Below, piece by piece: positions 37,371 to 49,313 of a stretch of DNA of 64,000 nt (its first letter is position 1; each line of letters opens with the position of its first letter). Under the pieces are notes generated by a model. It saw only the letters and a list, made by a program, of their open reading frames with translations, searched no databases and was not told the origin of the DNA. A program made the translations under genes and the position numbers. The DNA is from an uncultured cyanobacterium (GTDB lineage Bacteria; Cyanobacteriota; Cyanobacteriia; PCC-6307; Cyanobiaceae): assembly GCA_963765575.1 (NCBI GenBank), contig CAVXWZ010000008.1, positions 312,418 to 376,417 of the forward strand, given 5' to 3'.

Positions 37371-37643
37371 TCAGCCGTAGAAAAAGGCGATCTCCTTCGC
37401 CTTCAACCCTTCCCAGCCAGCGGCCTTCAGGCGTCCATCGAGGCTGGCCTGATCGAGGTGTTTGGAGCCGGTCTTGACCACCCGGTTGCGCATTGACTTG
37501 GTCACGCCGCTGCGGGCCCGACGGCTCTCCAGCTCCATCACCTCGTTGTAGAGCTCCAGCATCTCGGTCGGGATGGGGGTGCCATCGAGATCGACGCCCG
37601 CCTTGATGGCGGCGTCGACTCCGTCGGGTCCGGCAATGGCCAT
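37371..37643 (-). CDS. DUF4090-like small cyanobacterial protein
   Basis: GVDLDGTPIP..MLELY..VM.LE..R.RSGV.KSMRNR.V.TG.KH pattern. Confidence 0.78.
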   Translation of the reverse strand: MAIAGPDGVDAAIKAGVDLDGTPIPTEMLELYNEVMELESRRARSGVTKSMRNRVVKTGSKHLDQASLDGRLKAAGWEGLKAKEIAFFYG

Positions 37644-37696
37644 GGGGTGATCGGGGGGGTGAGTGGTGGGGGTGGGACTGCGAGCGGGGGCGGGCG

Positions 37697-37726
37697 GACC
37701 TGACTCAGGCTGACCTGACTCAGGCC
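37697..37726. repeat. 15-bp tandem duplication GACCTGACTCAGGC(T/C) spanning the metH stop
   Basis: gacctgactcaggct gacctgactcaggcc. Each unit contains the palindrome CCTGA-C-TCAGG. Confidence 0.8.
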
Positions 37727-40700
37727 GAGAAGTAGCGCGCCTTGCTGTGCAGGGCCACCAGGGCGGTGGTGCTCTGCTCGGGGTGCAGCTGGTCGCTTTC
37801 GTCCATGGTCAGGCCGATGCGCTCGGCCCCGAGCCAGAGCAACTGCTGGCGGGAATCGGCCACGTTGGGGCAGGCGGGGTAGCCGAAGGAGTAGCGGCTG
37901 CCCCGGTAGCGCTGGGCGAGCACATCGCGCAGGGGCATCGCCTCCGGGTCGCCATGGCCCAGCTCCCGGCGGATGCGGGCATGCACCCACTCCGCCAGGG
38001 CCTCGGCCATCTGCACCGCCAGACCGTGGAAATAGAGGTAATCGCTGTAACGGTCGGCCTGGAACAGCTGCTGGGCAAATTCGGTGGCTCGCTCACCCAT
38101 GGTCACGGCCTGCATCGGCAGCACGTCGACCGCCCGGGGCCTGCCCTCCGGGGTGGCGGCGAGGTCGCGGTAGAAATCGGCGATGCAGTAGCGGTTGCCG
38201 CCCCGTTGGCGCGGCAGCAGGAAGCGGCCCAGTTCGCGGTCCGCCCGCTCCGGTGCAGCAGCCTCGTCCAGGCCGGCGGGATCGAACACCACCACCGCGT
38301 TGCCCTCCCGGCCGCAGGGGAGGTAGCCGTAGGCCACCCGGGGGGTGAGCAGGCCCTCGCCGCAACACCGCTCGATCCACTGCTGCAGCACCGGCTCAGC
38401 CTTGCTGGCCAGCATCGCCTCGTAGTCGTCCCGCGACTGCTGCTGGGCCTTGCGCAGCTGCCACTGGCCGGCAAACAGGGCGTTGCGGTCGAGGTAAGCG
38501 AACACCTCCGGCAGGGGGATGGCGGCCTCGTGCAACACCCGACTGCCCCAGAAGGGTGGCAGCAGGGCGGGCTCCTCGGCCACCGCCTCGGAGCGCTCCG
38601 TCGTGGCGATGGAGGCAGGGATGCTGGCGGCTGCTGGCGGGGCGCCGCCATCAGCCGCCGCTGTGGGCTCGTCGGTAGCCGTGACCGTGACCTCGGGGCT
38701 GGTCTCCCCCAGGCCCAGGTCGTCGGGGGCACCGTGGAGAAAGCCCCGGTGATCGTCCCAGGCTGAGGCCCCCTTGGCCTCCATCAGCGCATCCATGAAG
38801 CGCAGATCGGCGAAGGCATCGCGGCCGTAGATCACCTGCCCCGCGTAGGCGGCACGGCAGTCGCCATGGACGAAGCGGGGCGTGAGCGCGGCACCGCCGA
38901 GGATCACCGGCACGGTGATCCCAGCCTCGTTGAAAGCCTCCAGGTTGCTCTTCATGAAGGCCGTGGATTTCACCAGCAGGCCGCTCATGGCGATGCAGTC
39001 GGGCTGATGCTTCTGCTGGGCCTCAATGATGGCATCACAGCTCTGCTTGATGCCGAGATTGATGACGTCATAACCATTGTTGGTGAGGATGATATCCACC
39101 AGGTTCTTGCCGATGTCATGGACATCGCCCTTGACAGTGGCGATCAGAAACTTGCCCTTGCTGCTGCTCTCGCCCTCAACCGTTTCCATGTGCGGTTCGA
39201 GATAGGCAACAGCGGCCTTCATCGTTTCAGCGCTCTGCAGCACAAACGGCAATTGCATCTGGCCTGAGCCGAAGAGTTCACCCACCACCTTCATGCCATC
39301 CAGCAGGAAGGTGTTGATGACCTGCAGCGGTGGATAGGTCTGCAGAGCCTCATCCAGCGCCGGCTCCAGGCCAATGCGCTCGCCATCGATGATGTGCTGC
39401 TTGAGTCGCTCCTCCACCGCCAGGTCGGCCAGGGAGGGGCCCGATGCCCGGGCCTCCTTGGCACTCACGCCCTCGAACAGGGTGGTGAGCTCGGTGAGCG
39501 GGTCGTAGCTGCAGATACCGTTCTCGAAACGGCGCCGGTCGTCGATCAGGTCGCGGCAGACCTGCAGCTGCTGCTCGCTGATCTTCGCCAGGGGCAGGAT
39601 CTTGGCCGGGCTCACGATCGCCGCGTCCATGCCGGCCTCGCAGCAGGCATGCAGGAACACCGAATTGAGGGCGATGCGGGCGGCGGGCGAGAGCCCGAAG
39701 CTGACGTTGCTCACCCCCAGCACCACGTGCACCCCCGGCAAGCGCCCGCGGATCATGCGGATCCCCTCCACCGTGGCCTGGGCGTTCTTGCGGTCTTCCT
39801 CGATGCCGGTGGAGATCGGCAGGGCGAGGGGGTCGTAGAAGAGTTCCCGGGCGGGAATGCCGAACTCCAGGGCATCGCGATAGGCGCGCTGGGCGATGGC
39901 GAATTTCTTCTCCGCCGTGCGGGCCATGCCCTCCTCATCGATGGTGCCGATCACCACGCCGGCGCCGTAATCGCGGGCCAGCTCCAGCACCTTGAAGAAG
40001 CGTTCATCGCCATCTTCGTAGTTGGTGGAGTTGAGGATGCACTTGCCACCGGCCACCTTCAGACCGGCCTCCATCTTCTGCCACTCGGTGGAATCGAGCA
40101 TCAGCGGCAGGTTCACATTGGTGACCAGGCGGCTGACCAGTGCGCGCATGTCTTGCTCGCCATCGCGGCCCACGTAGTCAACGTTGACGTCGAGCACATG
40201 GGCGTTTTCCTTCACCTGGCCCCGGGCCACGGCCACCAGACCATCCCAGTCCTCCTCGGCCAGCAATTCCCGCACCTTCCGTGACCCACTGGCGTTGAGG
40301 CGCTCGCCGATGATCAGGAAGGAGTTGTCCTGGTGGTACGGGGTGGTGGCGTAGATGGAGGCGGCGGCAGGCTCGTAGTGCAGTGACGGGCGCGGATCGC
40401 CGGCAGCGGCAGCTACAGCGCTGCGCACGGGGCGCTGGGCCGGGGTGAGCTCGGCCGCCAAGTCGGCCAGGGCGCGGATGTGCTCCGGGGTCGTGCCGCA
40501 GCAGCCGCCGATCACCTGCACCCCAAGGTCTTCAACGAAGTGCAGCAGCTGCATCTTCAGCTCCAGCGGGGTGAGCCGGTAATGGGCCACGCCACCCACG
40601 TTCTCCGGCAGGCCGGCATTGGGGATACAACTCACCACAAAGGGACTCTGTTCGCTCAGGTAGCGGATGTGTTCCTTCATCTGCTCCGGCCCGGTGGCGC

Positions 40701-41428
40701 AGTTGAGGCCGAGCACATCAATGGCAAACGGCTCCAGAATCGCCACCACGGCGGCGATATCGGAGCCCACCAGCATCGTGCCGGTGGTTTCCATGGTCAC
40801 GCTCACCATCAGCGGCCGTCGCTGGCCGGTGCGGACGAAGGCGGCCTCAATCCCCTGCAGGGCGGCCTTGATCTGCAGCACGTCCTGGCAGGTTTCGACG
40901 ATGAACAGGTCCACATCCCCGGCCAGCAGGCCCTCGGCCTGTTCGGCGAAGGAGGCCTTCATCGTGTCGAAGTCGACGTGACCCAGGGTGGGCAGCTTGG
41001 TGGTGGGCCCCATCGAGCCGGCCACGAAGCGGGGCTTCTCGGCGGTGGAGTGGGCGTCGGCCATCGGCGCGGGCCAGCTCGGCGGCGCGCTGGTTGAGGG
41101 CGAAGGCCTGATCGGCGATGTCGTATTCGGCCAGCACCAGCGAGGTGGCGCCGAAGGTGTCGGTTTCGATCACATCGGCACCGGCCTCGAGAAACTGGCG
41201 GTGCACCGCCTGGACGGCCTCGGGCTTGCTGAACACCAGGACTTCGTTGCAGCCCTCGAGGGCCGGGCCGCCGAAGTCGTCAGCCGTGAGATCCATCAGC
41301 TGCAGCGAGGTGCCGGTGGCACCGTCGAACACGATCACCGGCCGCTGGGGGTCATGCAGTCGTTCCAGAAAACCCATCCGGCCGGTCACCTGGGGGCGTG
41401 GGGGAGAGGCGGCGGTGCTGCTGGCCAT
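37720..41428 (-). CDS. metH: Cobalamin-dependent methionine synthase, apparent +1 frameshift near 41065
   Basis: VFDGATGT and ETDTFGAT in the upstream frame. [29 protein letters not shown] and [10 protein letters not shown] in the downstream frame. Confidence 0.95.
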
Positions 41429-42345
41429 CAGCCGTCCAGTCGGATGCGGGTCACCCAATGGTCATAGGCCGGATCGCGGCCCTCCGTGATCGCCGTGAGC
41501 CGCTCGCGCAGGCGCTCCATCACGGGGCGCTCGCCGGCCAGATCGGTGGACTCCACCCGGCGCACCGGGGTCACCTTGGCGGCGGTGCCGCTGAGGAACA
41601 CCTCGTCGGCGATGAACAGCTCGCTCTTGTCCACCGGCCGCTCCACCACCTCGGTGCCCATGGCCCGGGCCAGCTCGATCACACTGGCGCGGGTGATGCC
41701 TTCGAGGATGTCCTGGTCCACACCGGGGGTGATCAGCACGCCATCGCGGACGATGAACAGGTTCATGCCGCTGGCCTCGCTCACCTTGCCGCGGCTGTTC
41801 ATCAGGATCGCCTCGTCGAAGCCGCTCATCACCGCTTCGGTCTTGGCCAGGGAGCTGGTGATGTAGGCGCCGCTGATCTTGCCCCGCAGCGGCAGGGAGC
41901 GGTCCTCCTGGCGGATCCAGGAGCTGATGCGGCAGCTGACGCCATCGGGGGAGAGGTAGTCGCCCAGTTCGATGCCGTAGATCAGAAAGTCGGTCTCGAT
42001 GTTGTGCAGGCGCGGGGCGATGCCCAGGTCGCTGGTGTACACAAACGGCCGCAGATACACCGGGCAGCTGGGTCGATTGGCGCGCAGAACCTCCACGATG
42101 GCGTGCAGGATCGTGTCTTCGCCCAGCTCGGTGAGCAGCAGGCGGGCGCTGCGGCTCAAGCGGCGGGCGTGACGGTCGGCCCGGAACAGCAGGATCTCGC
42201 CCGGGTCGGCGGGATTGGGCAGGGCACGCATCCCCCCGAAGGCCCCGGTGCCGTAGTGCAGGGCGTGGGTCGCCACCGAGATGGTGGCGTCCTCGAAGCG
42301 CACGCAGCGCCCATGGAACCAGGCATAGGGAAGGAACTGGTGCAT
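41428..42345 (-). CDS. ilvE: Branched-chain amino acid aminotransferase
   Basis: [32 protein letters not shown] and FLSGTAA. Confidence 0.93.
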   Translation of the reverse strand: MHQFLPYAWFHGRCVRFEDATISVATHALHYGTGAFGGMRALPNPADPGEILLFRADRHARRLSRSARLLLTELGEDTILHAIVEVLRANRPSCPVYLRPFVYTSDLGIAPRLHNIETDFLIYGIELGDYLSPDGVSCRISSWIRQEDRSLPLRGKISGAYITSSLAKTEAVMSGFDEAILMNSRGKVSEASGMNLFIVRDGVLITPGVDQDILEGITRASVIELARAMGTEVVERPVDKSELFIADEVFLSGTAAKVTPVRRVESTDLAGERPVMERLRERLTAITEGRDPAYDHWVTRIRLDG

Positions 42346-42409
42346 CGGCGCGGCGCGGGCAGCAGGCAGCGGCACCGATCTTCTCACCGCACCCATCAGG
42401 ATGGGAGGC

Positions 42410-45400
42410 ATGCACAGGCTGGCGGCGGTACCCGGGAGCGCGGCGGAGGCGGACGCCGGCGCCTTTGTGGAGCAGCCCCCGGCTCCGCTGCTGGTGCTGA
42501 CCAGCGCCGACACCGACCTGCTCACCCTGGAGGCCCTGCTGGCGGCGGAGCCGGACCTGCTGACGGCGGCGTTGCGGGGCCTCAACCTGGCGGCCCTGGC
42601 CCACCCGGCCGTGATCGACCACTACCTCGCGACCACGGCGGCGACGGCGACGGTGGTGCTGGTGCGGCTGCTGGGGGGGCGGGGCCACTGGAGCTATGGG
42701 CTGGAGCGCCTGCAGCTCTGGGCGGCCGCAGAGCCTGGACGCCGCCTGTTGGTGCTGGCCGGCACCGAGGAGGAGGAGGAGGGACTGGCCGCGCTGGGCA
42801 ATGGCGAGCCAGCCCTGGCCATCGCCCTGGCCCGCTGCCTGCGGGTGGGGGGTAGCGACAACGGCAGGCTGGTGCTGCGCTGCATCGCCGCCCTGCTGCG
42901 GGGCGAGGAGCCGCAACCGCCCCGGGCCGTGCCCCTGGCCGATCCCTGCCCCCACGACTGGCGGCCTGACCCCGGGCCGCGGGTGGGCGTGATCGCCTAC
43001 CGGGCCCAGTTGCAGGCCGGCGATGGGGGCTGGTTGGAGACCTGCCTGGAGGCCCTGCGCGCCACGGGCCTGTGCCCCCGGGCGCTGTGGGTGAGCGGCC
43101 TGCGCGATCAGGCCGTGCAGCACGGGGTGGCCGACCTGCTGGAGCGCGAGGGGGTGGCGGCGGTGCTGTGCAGCACCTCCTTTGCCTCCGTGCAGTTCGA
43201 GGAGGCCGGGCTGGGGGCACCGCTGTGGGAGCGGCTGGGGGTGCCGGTGCTGCAGCTGCTCTGCAGCAGCCAGCCGCGCCAGCGCTGGCAGGGCAGCAGC
43301 ATCGGCCTGGCGCCCACCGACCTCACCCTGCAGGTGGCGTTGCCGGAACTGGACGGCCGCATCACCACACGCATCGGTGTGTTCAAGGAGTGCCGGGGAG
43401 CCAGCGCGCGGCTGGCGTCGGGGTTGCAGCGGCTGGAGCCCGACCGGGAGCGCCTGGGCTGGATCAGCGAGCTCACGGCCAACTGGATCCGGCTGCGCCA
43501 GACGCCGCCGGCGCAGCGCCGCGTCGCCCTGGTGCTGGCCAACTACCCCACCCGCAACAGCCGCCTTGCCAATGGCGTGGGCCTGGACACGCCGGCCTCC
43601 GCCGCCGCCATGCTGGCCTGGCTGCGGCAGGCCGGTTACGACCTCAGCCACCACGGCCGTGAGGCCGCCAGCACCGGCCCGGCGACCGGGCTGCCCGCCG
43701 ATGGCGAGGCCCTGATTCAGGCCCTGCTGGCGGGTCGCAGCAACGATCCCGAGAGCGGCCACCGGGCGCCGCTCGATCACCTGCCCCTGGAGAACTACCA
43801 GCAGTGGTATCGCCAGCTGCCGCTGGCGGGCCGGCAACGGCTGGAGGCGGTGTGGGGACCGCCCGAGGCGGATGCCGGCCTCGAGCGGCGGCCCGGCGGC
43901 GGCCCGACAGAGCTGGGTTTTGCGGTGCAGGGGCTGCGCTTCGGCAACGTGGCGCTGCTGATCCAGCCGGCCCGGGGATACGACCGCGACCCCAGCCTCA
44001 GCTATCACGCCCCCGACCTGCCCCCCACCCACGCCTACCTGGCCGTCTACCTCTGGCTGCGCAGCCACTTCGCGGCCCAGGCGGTGGTGCACGTGGGCAA
44101 GCACGGCAATCTGGAGTGGCTGCCGGGCAAGGGCCTTGGCCTCTCCGACCAGTGTTTTCCGGAGTGGGCCCTGGGGCCACTGCCGCACCTCTACCCCTTC
44201 ATCGTCAACGATCCGGGGGAGGGCTCCCAGGCCAAGCGCCGCAGCCAGGCGGTGATCCTCGATCACCTCACCCCGCCCCTGGGCCGTGCCGGCCTGCATG
44301 GGGAGCTGCAGCAGCTCGAGGTGCTGCTGGATGAGTACTGGGAGGCGCGCCAGCTGGGCAGCGGCGAGCGGGCGGCCCTGCTGCGCCGCAGCCTCGGCAA
44401 ACGGCTGGCCGAGCTGGACCTTCCCCAGGGCCCCATGAATCCGGCTGCTGCTCCGGCGGCTGATGCTGCCGATGCTGCGGAGGCGCGGCTGGACGCCCGC
44501 CTGGACGCCGCCGACGGCTACCTGTGTGAGCTCAAGGAGGCCCAGATCCGGCTGGGGCTGCACACCTACGGCCACCTGCCCGAGCCCGACCCCCTGGCCG
44601 AGCTGCTGCTGTGCCTGGCCCGGGCCCCCCAGGCCGGCCTGCCGGGACTCACCCAGGCCCTCGCCCGTGACCGGGGCCTGGCCCTGGACCCCTGGGCCGA
44701 TCCGGAGGAGGCGCCGCTGGCGGAGCGCGATCGCCAGCGGCTGGCACCGGCCCGCAGGGTGGGCGATGCGGTGGCCACCCTGGAGCAGCAAGCCCTGAGC
44801 CACTGCCGCAGGGTGCTGAGCGAGGCCGGGGTGGTGTTCGCCGAGCCCACGCACTCAGACGCCTCAGACGGCGATCAGGGCCCCCAGGAGCCAGCGGGGC
44901 CTTGCACCCAAGCGGTGCTGGGTCATACCCGCCAGGTGTTGGTGCCGCGGCTGCTGGCCTGCGCCGCCGCCGAGCGCGAGGCCTTCCTGGCCGGACTGGC
45001 CGGCCAACGCATCGCCGCCGGGCCCTCGGGCGCACCCACCCGGGGCCGGCCCGACCTGCTGCCCACCGGCCGCAACTTCTATTCGGTGGATCTGCGCGGC
45101 CTGCCCAGTGAAGCCGCCTGGGACCTGGGCCGGCGCAGCGCCGAGCTGCTGCTGGAGTTGCACCTGCAGGAGCAGGGGGAGCATCTGCGCACCCTGGCGC
45201 TCTCGGTATGGGGCACCAGCACCATGCGCAACGGCGGCGAGGACATCGCCCAGGCCCTGGCACTGCTGGGGGTGCGGCCGGTGTGGGACGGCCCCACCCG
45301 ACGTCTGGTGGACCTGGAGGTGATTCCCCTCAGCCTGCTGGGGCGGCCGCGGGTGGATGTCACCCTGCGCATCTCCGGCCTGTTCCGCGACGCCTTCCCC

Positions 45401-46282
45401 CAGCTGGTGGGCTGGATGAACCGGGCCACGGCCCTGGTGGCGGCCCTGGCGGAGGCGCAAGCCGACAACCCCCTGGCGGCGGCAGCCCGGCTGGAGGGCC
45501 ATTGCGCCCGGGTCTATGGCTCGGCTCCAGGGGCCTATGGCGCCGGCCTGCAGGGGCTGATCGACAGCGGCCAGTGGGAGCGCCGCGAGGACCTGGGCGA
45601 GGCGTTTCTGAATTGGAGCAGCTGGCGCTACGACCTCGCCGGCCAGGGCGGGGAGGGCGAGCTGACCACGCCGGCTGCGGCGCCGGGGGTCGGCGCGATC
45701 GAGGCCCGTGCCGACCGGGCCGGTCTGGAGCAGCGCCTGGGGGCGGTGCAGGTGGTGCTGCACAACCAGGACAACCGCGAGCACGACCTGCTCGATTCCG
45801 ATGACTACTACCAGTTCCAGGGCGGTCTCAGCGCCGCCGCCGAGCGGCTGCAGGGCCACGCTCCGGCCCTGTGGTTCGGCGACCACTCCCGCCATGCCCG
45901 CCCGCGGCTGCATCGGCTGGAGAAGGAGGTCGACAAGGTGCTGCGTTCACGCCTGCTCAATCCCCGCTGGATCGGCGCCATGCAGCGCCACGGCTACAAG
46001 GGGGGCTTCGAGATGGCGGCCAGCCTCGACTACCTGTTCGCCTATGACGCCAGCACCGGCCGGATGCCGGACTGGGGCTACGGAGCCGTGTGCGAGCGCT
46101 GGCTGGCGGATGGGCAGGTGCGCGGATTCCTGGAGCGCAGCAATCCCTGGGCCCTGCGCGACATGGCCGAACGGCTGCTGGAGGCCCACCACCGGGGGCT
46201 GTGGCAGGGCGCCCAAGAGAAGCAGCTGGAGCGATTGCGCCAACTGGTGCTCAGCAGCGAGGGCCTGATCGAACAGGCCTGA
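42410..46282 (+). CDS. cobN: Cobaltochelatase subunit CobN
   Basis: MHRLAAVPG, LPELDGRI, NGVGLDTP, HVGKHGNLEWLPGK, LPTGRNFYS and HDLLDSDDYYQFQGG. Confidence 0.95.
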   Translation: MHRLAAVPGSAAEADAGAFVEQPPAPLLVLTSADTDLLTLEALLAAEPDLLTAALRGLNLAALAHPAVIDHYLATTAATATVVLVRLLGGRGHWSYGLERLQLWAAAEPGRRLLVLAGTEEEEEGLAALGNGEPALAIALARCLRVGGSDNGRLVLRCIAALLRGEEPQPPRAVPLADPCPHDWRPDPGPRVGVIAYRAQLQAGDGGWLETCLEALRATGLCPRALWVSGLRDQAVQHGVADLLEREGVAAVLCSTSFASVQFEEAGLGAPLWERLGVPVLQLLCSSQPRQRWQGSSIGLAPTDLTLQVALPELDGRITTRIGVFKECRGASARLASGLQRLEPDRERLGWISELTANWIRLRQTPPAQRRVALVLANYPTRNSRLANGVGLDTPASAAAMLAWLRQAGYDLSHHGREAASTGPATGLPADGEALIQALLAGRSNDPESGHRAPLDHLPLENYQQWYRQLPLAGRQRLEAVWGPPEADAGLERRPGGGPTELGFAVQGLRFGNVALLIQPARGYDRDPSLSYHAPDLPPTHAYLAVYLWLRSHFAAQAVVHVGKHGNLEWLPGKGLGLSDQCFPEWALGPLPHLYPFIVNDPGEGSQAKRRSQAVILDHLTPPLGRAGLHGELQQLEVLLDEYWEARQLGSGERAALLRRSLGKRLAELDLPQGPMNPAAAPAADAADAAEARLDARLDAADGYLCELKEAQIRLGLHTYGHLPEPDPLAELLLCLARAPQAGLPGLTQALARDRGLALDPWADPEEAPLAERDRQRLAPARRVGDAVATLEQQALSHCRRVLSEAGVVFAEPTHSDASDGDQGPQEPAGPCTQAVLGHTRQVLVPRLLACAAAEREAFLAGLAGQRIAAGPSGAPTRGRPDLLPTGRNFYSVDLRGLPSEAAWDLGRRSAELLLELHLQEQGEHLRTLALSVWGTSTMRNGGEDIAQALALLGVRPVWDGPTRRLVDLEVIPLSLLGRPRVDVTLRISGLFRDAFPQLVGWMNRATALVAALAEAQADNPLAAAARLEGHCARVYGSAPGAYGAGLQGLIDSGQWERREDLGEAFLNWSSWRYDLAGQGGEGELTTPAAAPGVGAIEARADRAGLEQRLGAVQVVLHNQDNREHDLLDSDDYYQFQGGLSAAAERLQGHAPALWFGDHSRHARPRLHRLEKEVDKVLRSRLLNPRWIGAMQRHGYKGGFEMAASLDYLFAYDASTGRMPDWGYGAVCERWLADGQVRGFLERSNPWALRDMAERLLEAHHRGLWQGAQEKQLERLRQLVLSSEGLIEQA

Positions 46283-46284
46283 TG

Positions 46285-46830
46285 TCAGCTCTTGAGATCC
46301 TTCACCATCTGGCGGAAGGGATCGGTGGTGCCCGGCTTGGCCGTGTCGAGCGAGGAGGGCTGGGCCGGGGCACTGGCGGCGCCATCCTGGGGTTTGGCCG
46401 CAGCCGGTGCGGCGGGCACGTTCACCGGACCCACGGCGGAACCCTTCTGACGCTGCTGCAGTTCGGCCTGGGACATCTGCTGGGCAAAGGTTTTCTTCAC
46501 CGGCTTGGGCACGCCATCGCTGAGGTTCATCGGGCGGGCTGCGGTCGGGCTGCCGGGCAGGCCCTCGCTCGCCTTCTCCAGGCGAGCCTGCATCGAATCC
46601 ACCTCAGCCACCATCTCCTTGTCACCCGGGCTGCTGACACTGCCGGGGAAGGTGTGGCGAATGGTGTTGGAGCGCCGCATGAAGGTCACATCGCCGAGGC
46701 TGGTGGCCTCGTCGGGGGCGAGATAGACGGCTTCGGTGGTGGCTTTGGGCTTGCGCTTGGCGGCCGGAGTCCCGGACTGGGCGTTGCTGCCGCCGGAACC
46801 GAAGGAGAGCAGGCGATCGAGCAGACCCAT
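46285..46830 (-). CDS. Hypothetical protein
   Basis: MGLLDRLL..., YLAPDEATSLGDVTFMRRSNTIRHTFP and C-terminal DPFRQMVKDL. Strong codon bias. Confidence 0.72.
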   Translation of the reverse strand: MGLLDRLLSFGSGGSNAQSGTPAAKRKPKATTEAVYLAPDEATSLGDVTFMRRSNTIRHTFPGSVSSPGDKEMVAEVDSMQARLEKASEGLPGSPTAARPMNLSDGVPKPVKKTFAQQMSQAELQQRQKGSAVGPVNVPAAPAAAKPQDGAASAPAQPSSLDTAKPGTTDPFRQMVKDLKS

Positions 46831-46860
46831 CGTTGCGGCCGGGGAATGTGTCAGCAAACC

Positions 46861-47521
46861 CTAGCGGCCGCGCAGCTCCAGACCATGGGTATCGGTACCG
46901 CAACTAGCCAACAAGCCGCCGCCGCTGCAGATCCCGGGCGATCGCCTCGCAGACCAGGGGGGTGGGCTGCCAGGTGGGTTGCATGCCGTAGTCGTACCAG
47001 GCCTCGGCCCCGTCGAAGCCGAGCTCGGCCGCCGCGGCGATCAGCCGTTGGAAGGGCAGCCGGTAGCGGGCCGGGTGGGCCAGCAGGGCCAGGCCATTGG
47101 CCGCACGGATCGCCTCCAGCACCGCCTCGGCCCGCAGGGCCGGGCCCACGACGCTGCAGCCCTGGAGGTAGGGATCCAGGGAGTCGTGCCCGGCGTCGAA
47201 GCCCAGGGCCAGCACATGCACCAGGCAACCCTCCAGCAGGCAGCTGATCTCCACGCCCCGCCAGAGGGTGGGCACCGGCTGGCCGCCGGCGGCGGCAGTG
47301 GCGAAACAGTCGGCCACGGCGGCGTGGGCGTGGACGGCATGGTGGTCGGTGACCGCCAGGTGCTCCAGGCCCAGGGCGATCGCCTGGCCGGCCAGCTGGG
47401 CGGGCTGGAGGCTGCCGTCACTGAAGGTGGTGTGGCAGTGAAAATTGGCGCGGCCGGGGCAGCAGGCCGGCGTGATCGAGGCCAGCACCGCCGCCAGGGG
47501 GTGGGAGCTGGTCTCAGCCAT
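46861..47521 (-). CDS. PHP-domain metal-dependent phosphoesterase, apparent frameshift near 46918
   Basis: FHCHTTFSDG, AVTDHH, VHVLALG and LAHPARY. The terminal CGTDTHG motif lies in a shifted frame ending at TAG 46861. Confidence 0.85.
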
Positions 47522-48137
47522 GGGCCGCTTCCGCCGCCAGGCGTTCGGAGCGCAAGCGCCGCCAGCGGGCATAGAACTGGATCGAGGCGGCCATGGCCAC
47601 CACCAGGGCCACGATCAGCCAGGTGGCGGCACCGGTGGGGAACTGGTTCTTGAACACCACCAGCATCACCACCAGCACCAGCAGCAGGGTGGGGAGTTCA
47701 TTGAGGGCGCGCAGCTGACGGCCACTCCAGCTGCAGGCGCCGCGCTTCAGCTGGCCCATCAGCCGATAGCAGAACCAGTGATAGGCCAGCAGGGCGACCA
47801 CGAAGGCGAGTTTGGCGTGCATCCAGCCCTGCTTCAGCCAGGCGGGATTGACAGCCAGCAGACCGGCGGCACAGACCACCGCCACCACCATCCCCGGTGT
47901 GGTGATGATGTTGGCCAGTCGCCGCTCCATGAGGCCGTACTGCTGCTCGAAGGCCTGCCGCAGCGGGGCATCGAGGCTGGCGGCCTCGCGGTGGTAGATG
48001 AACAGACGCACCAGATAGAAGAGGCCGGCGAACCACACCACCACACCCACGATGTGGAGGGTCTTGAACCACAGGTAGGCCTGGGGGGGCCAGGCGAAGG
48101 CCGGCCAGCTGAGGGCAAGGAGCCAGGGGAGAGGCAT
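47514..48137 (-). CDS. hemJ: Protoporphyrinogen IX oxidase HemJ
   Basis: WFKTLHIVGVVVWFAGLFYLVRLFIYH, MERRL and RALNELPT. Confidence 0.94.
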   Translation of the reverse strand: MPLPWLLALSWPAFAWPPQAYLWFKTLHIVGVVVWFAGLFYLVRLFIYHREAASLDAPLRQAFEQQYGLMERRLANIITTPGMVVAVVCAAGLLAVNPAWLKQGWMHAKLAFVVALLAYHWFCYRLMGQLKRGACSWSGRQLRALNELPTLLLVLVVMLVVFKNQFPTGAATWLIVALVVAMAASIQFYARWRRLRSERLAAEAAHG

Positions 48138-48211
48138 GGTGGAGGTCTGGGACAGGCCGTGGCGCGCCAGGCCGGCTCAGGCTAGGGGCCGCTCGCCAGG
48201 CGGAAGGCCAC

Positions 48212-48784
48212 TCACTCCCGGTAGACCGCGAAGGCGGCCAGTACGCCTCCCAGAAAGCCACTGAGATGGCCGATCCAGCTCACCCCCGCCGGCGAGAACA
48301 GGGGGATCAGGCTGGGCAGCACGGCGCCGTAGGTCACCAGGCAGAACAGCGACAGCAGCAGCGAGAACGGCCGCTTCTCCAGCCAGCCGATCAGCAGCAG
48401 GTAGCCCAGCAGGCCGTAGACCACACCGGAGAGGCCGTGGCTGCCGACCGGCCACACCAGCCACACGGGGATGGCGCAGAGATACACGCCGATCCACACG
48501 GCCAGGTAGTCGCGCCGGCCACGCAGCAGCACCAGCCAGGAGAGCGGCAGAAACAGCATCGAGTTGGCCAGCAGATGGCCGAAGCCGCTGTGGCTGAAGG
48601 GGGCCGTGAGCACCCCGAGAAAGGAACCGCCGGGCAGCATCGGCAGATTCCAGCCGCCGGCGAACAGCACCTGGTCCAGCAGCTCCTGGAGCCAGGCAAG
48701 CGAGAGGATCAGCACCGGCGCCAGGGCGACGGCGCCCAGGCGGGCCAGGCTGCGGTCAAGCCGCTGCGGCAGGGAGTCGCTCAC
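48212..48784 (-). CDS. Rhomboid family intramembrane serine protease
   Basis: HSGFGHLLAN, GLSGVVYG (catalytic Ser) and SWIGHLSG (catalytic His). Confidence 0.88.
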   Translation of the reverse strand: MSDSLPQRLDRSLARLGAVALAPVLILSLAWLQELLDQVLFAGGWNLPMLPGGSFLGVLTAPFSHSGFGHLLANSMLFLPLSWLVLLRGRRDYLAVWIGVYLCAIPVWLVWPVGSHGLSGVVYGLLGYLLLIGWLEKRPFSLLLSLFCLVTYGAVLPSLIPLFSPAGVSWIGHLSGFLGGVLAAFAVYRE

Positions 48785-48839
48785 ACCGCAGACCAGCGCT
48801 GCAGTGACCCTATCCGCCGCCAGCGGATCCCGGCGGGGC

Positions 48840-49313
48840 CTAGTGCACCGGCGCGTGCAGCACCTCCATCACCTCGAGCACCGTGGCGGTGTCGGCGTCA
48901 TCGAGCTGGAGGGTGACGGCCAGGCTGCTGAGGATGTTGAGCTCGTCGGGCTGGAGGGCTCCATCGGAGCGCATGATCTCGGCGGCCACCGCGTAGGCGG
49001 AGCGGCACAGATCGGCGCTGAGCGACTCGGCGGCCTCCAGCATCAGGTGCTGGGCGCCGCGCTCCCGCAGCCGCTCCAGCACCGTGTTGATCAGCAGGGC
49101 CGCCTTGGCCTCACCGAGCTCCCTGTACGGGGTGCGGTAGTCGATCGCGTGCCGCAGGGCTCGGGTGCCGGCGGCGGTGAGGGTGCCGTCCCAGGAGACG
49201 GCGGCCAGAGCCACCGCCAGGAAGGCTTCCTCGACCGGCATGGACGGGGCGGACATGGACTCAGGAGGCATGGACTCGGGGGACTGGTCCAAGGCGGGCA
49301 TGGAGACGGCCAT
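48840..49313 (-). CDS. TerB-like (tellurite resistance family) protein
   Basis: ALAAVSWDG...AAEIMRSDGALQPDELNIL, the duplicated xDG..E pattern of TerB. Confidence 0.75.
   Translation of the reverse strand: MAVSMPALDQSPESMPPESMSAPSMPVEEAFLAVALAAVSWDGTLTAAGTRALRHAIDYRTPYRELGEAKAALLINTVLERLRERGAQHLMLEAAESLSADLCRSAYAVAAEIMRSDGALQPDELNILSSLAVTLQLDDADTATVLEVMEVLHAPVH

Noticed and set aside
41040..41090. Programmed frameshift in metH
   Set aside because: There is no slippery sequence, and similar single-base insertions occur in several unrelated genes, so error is more parsimonious.
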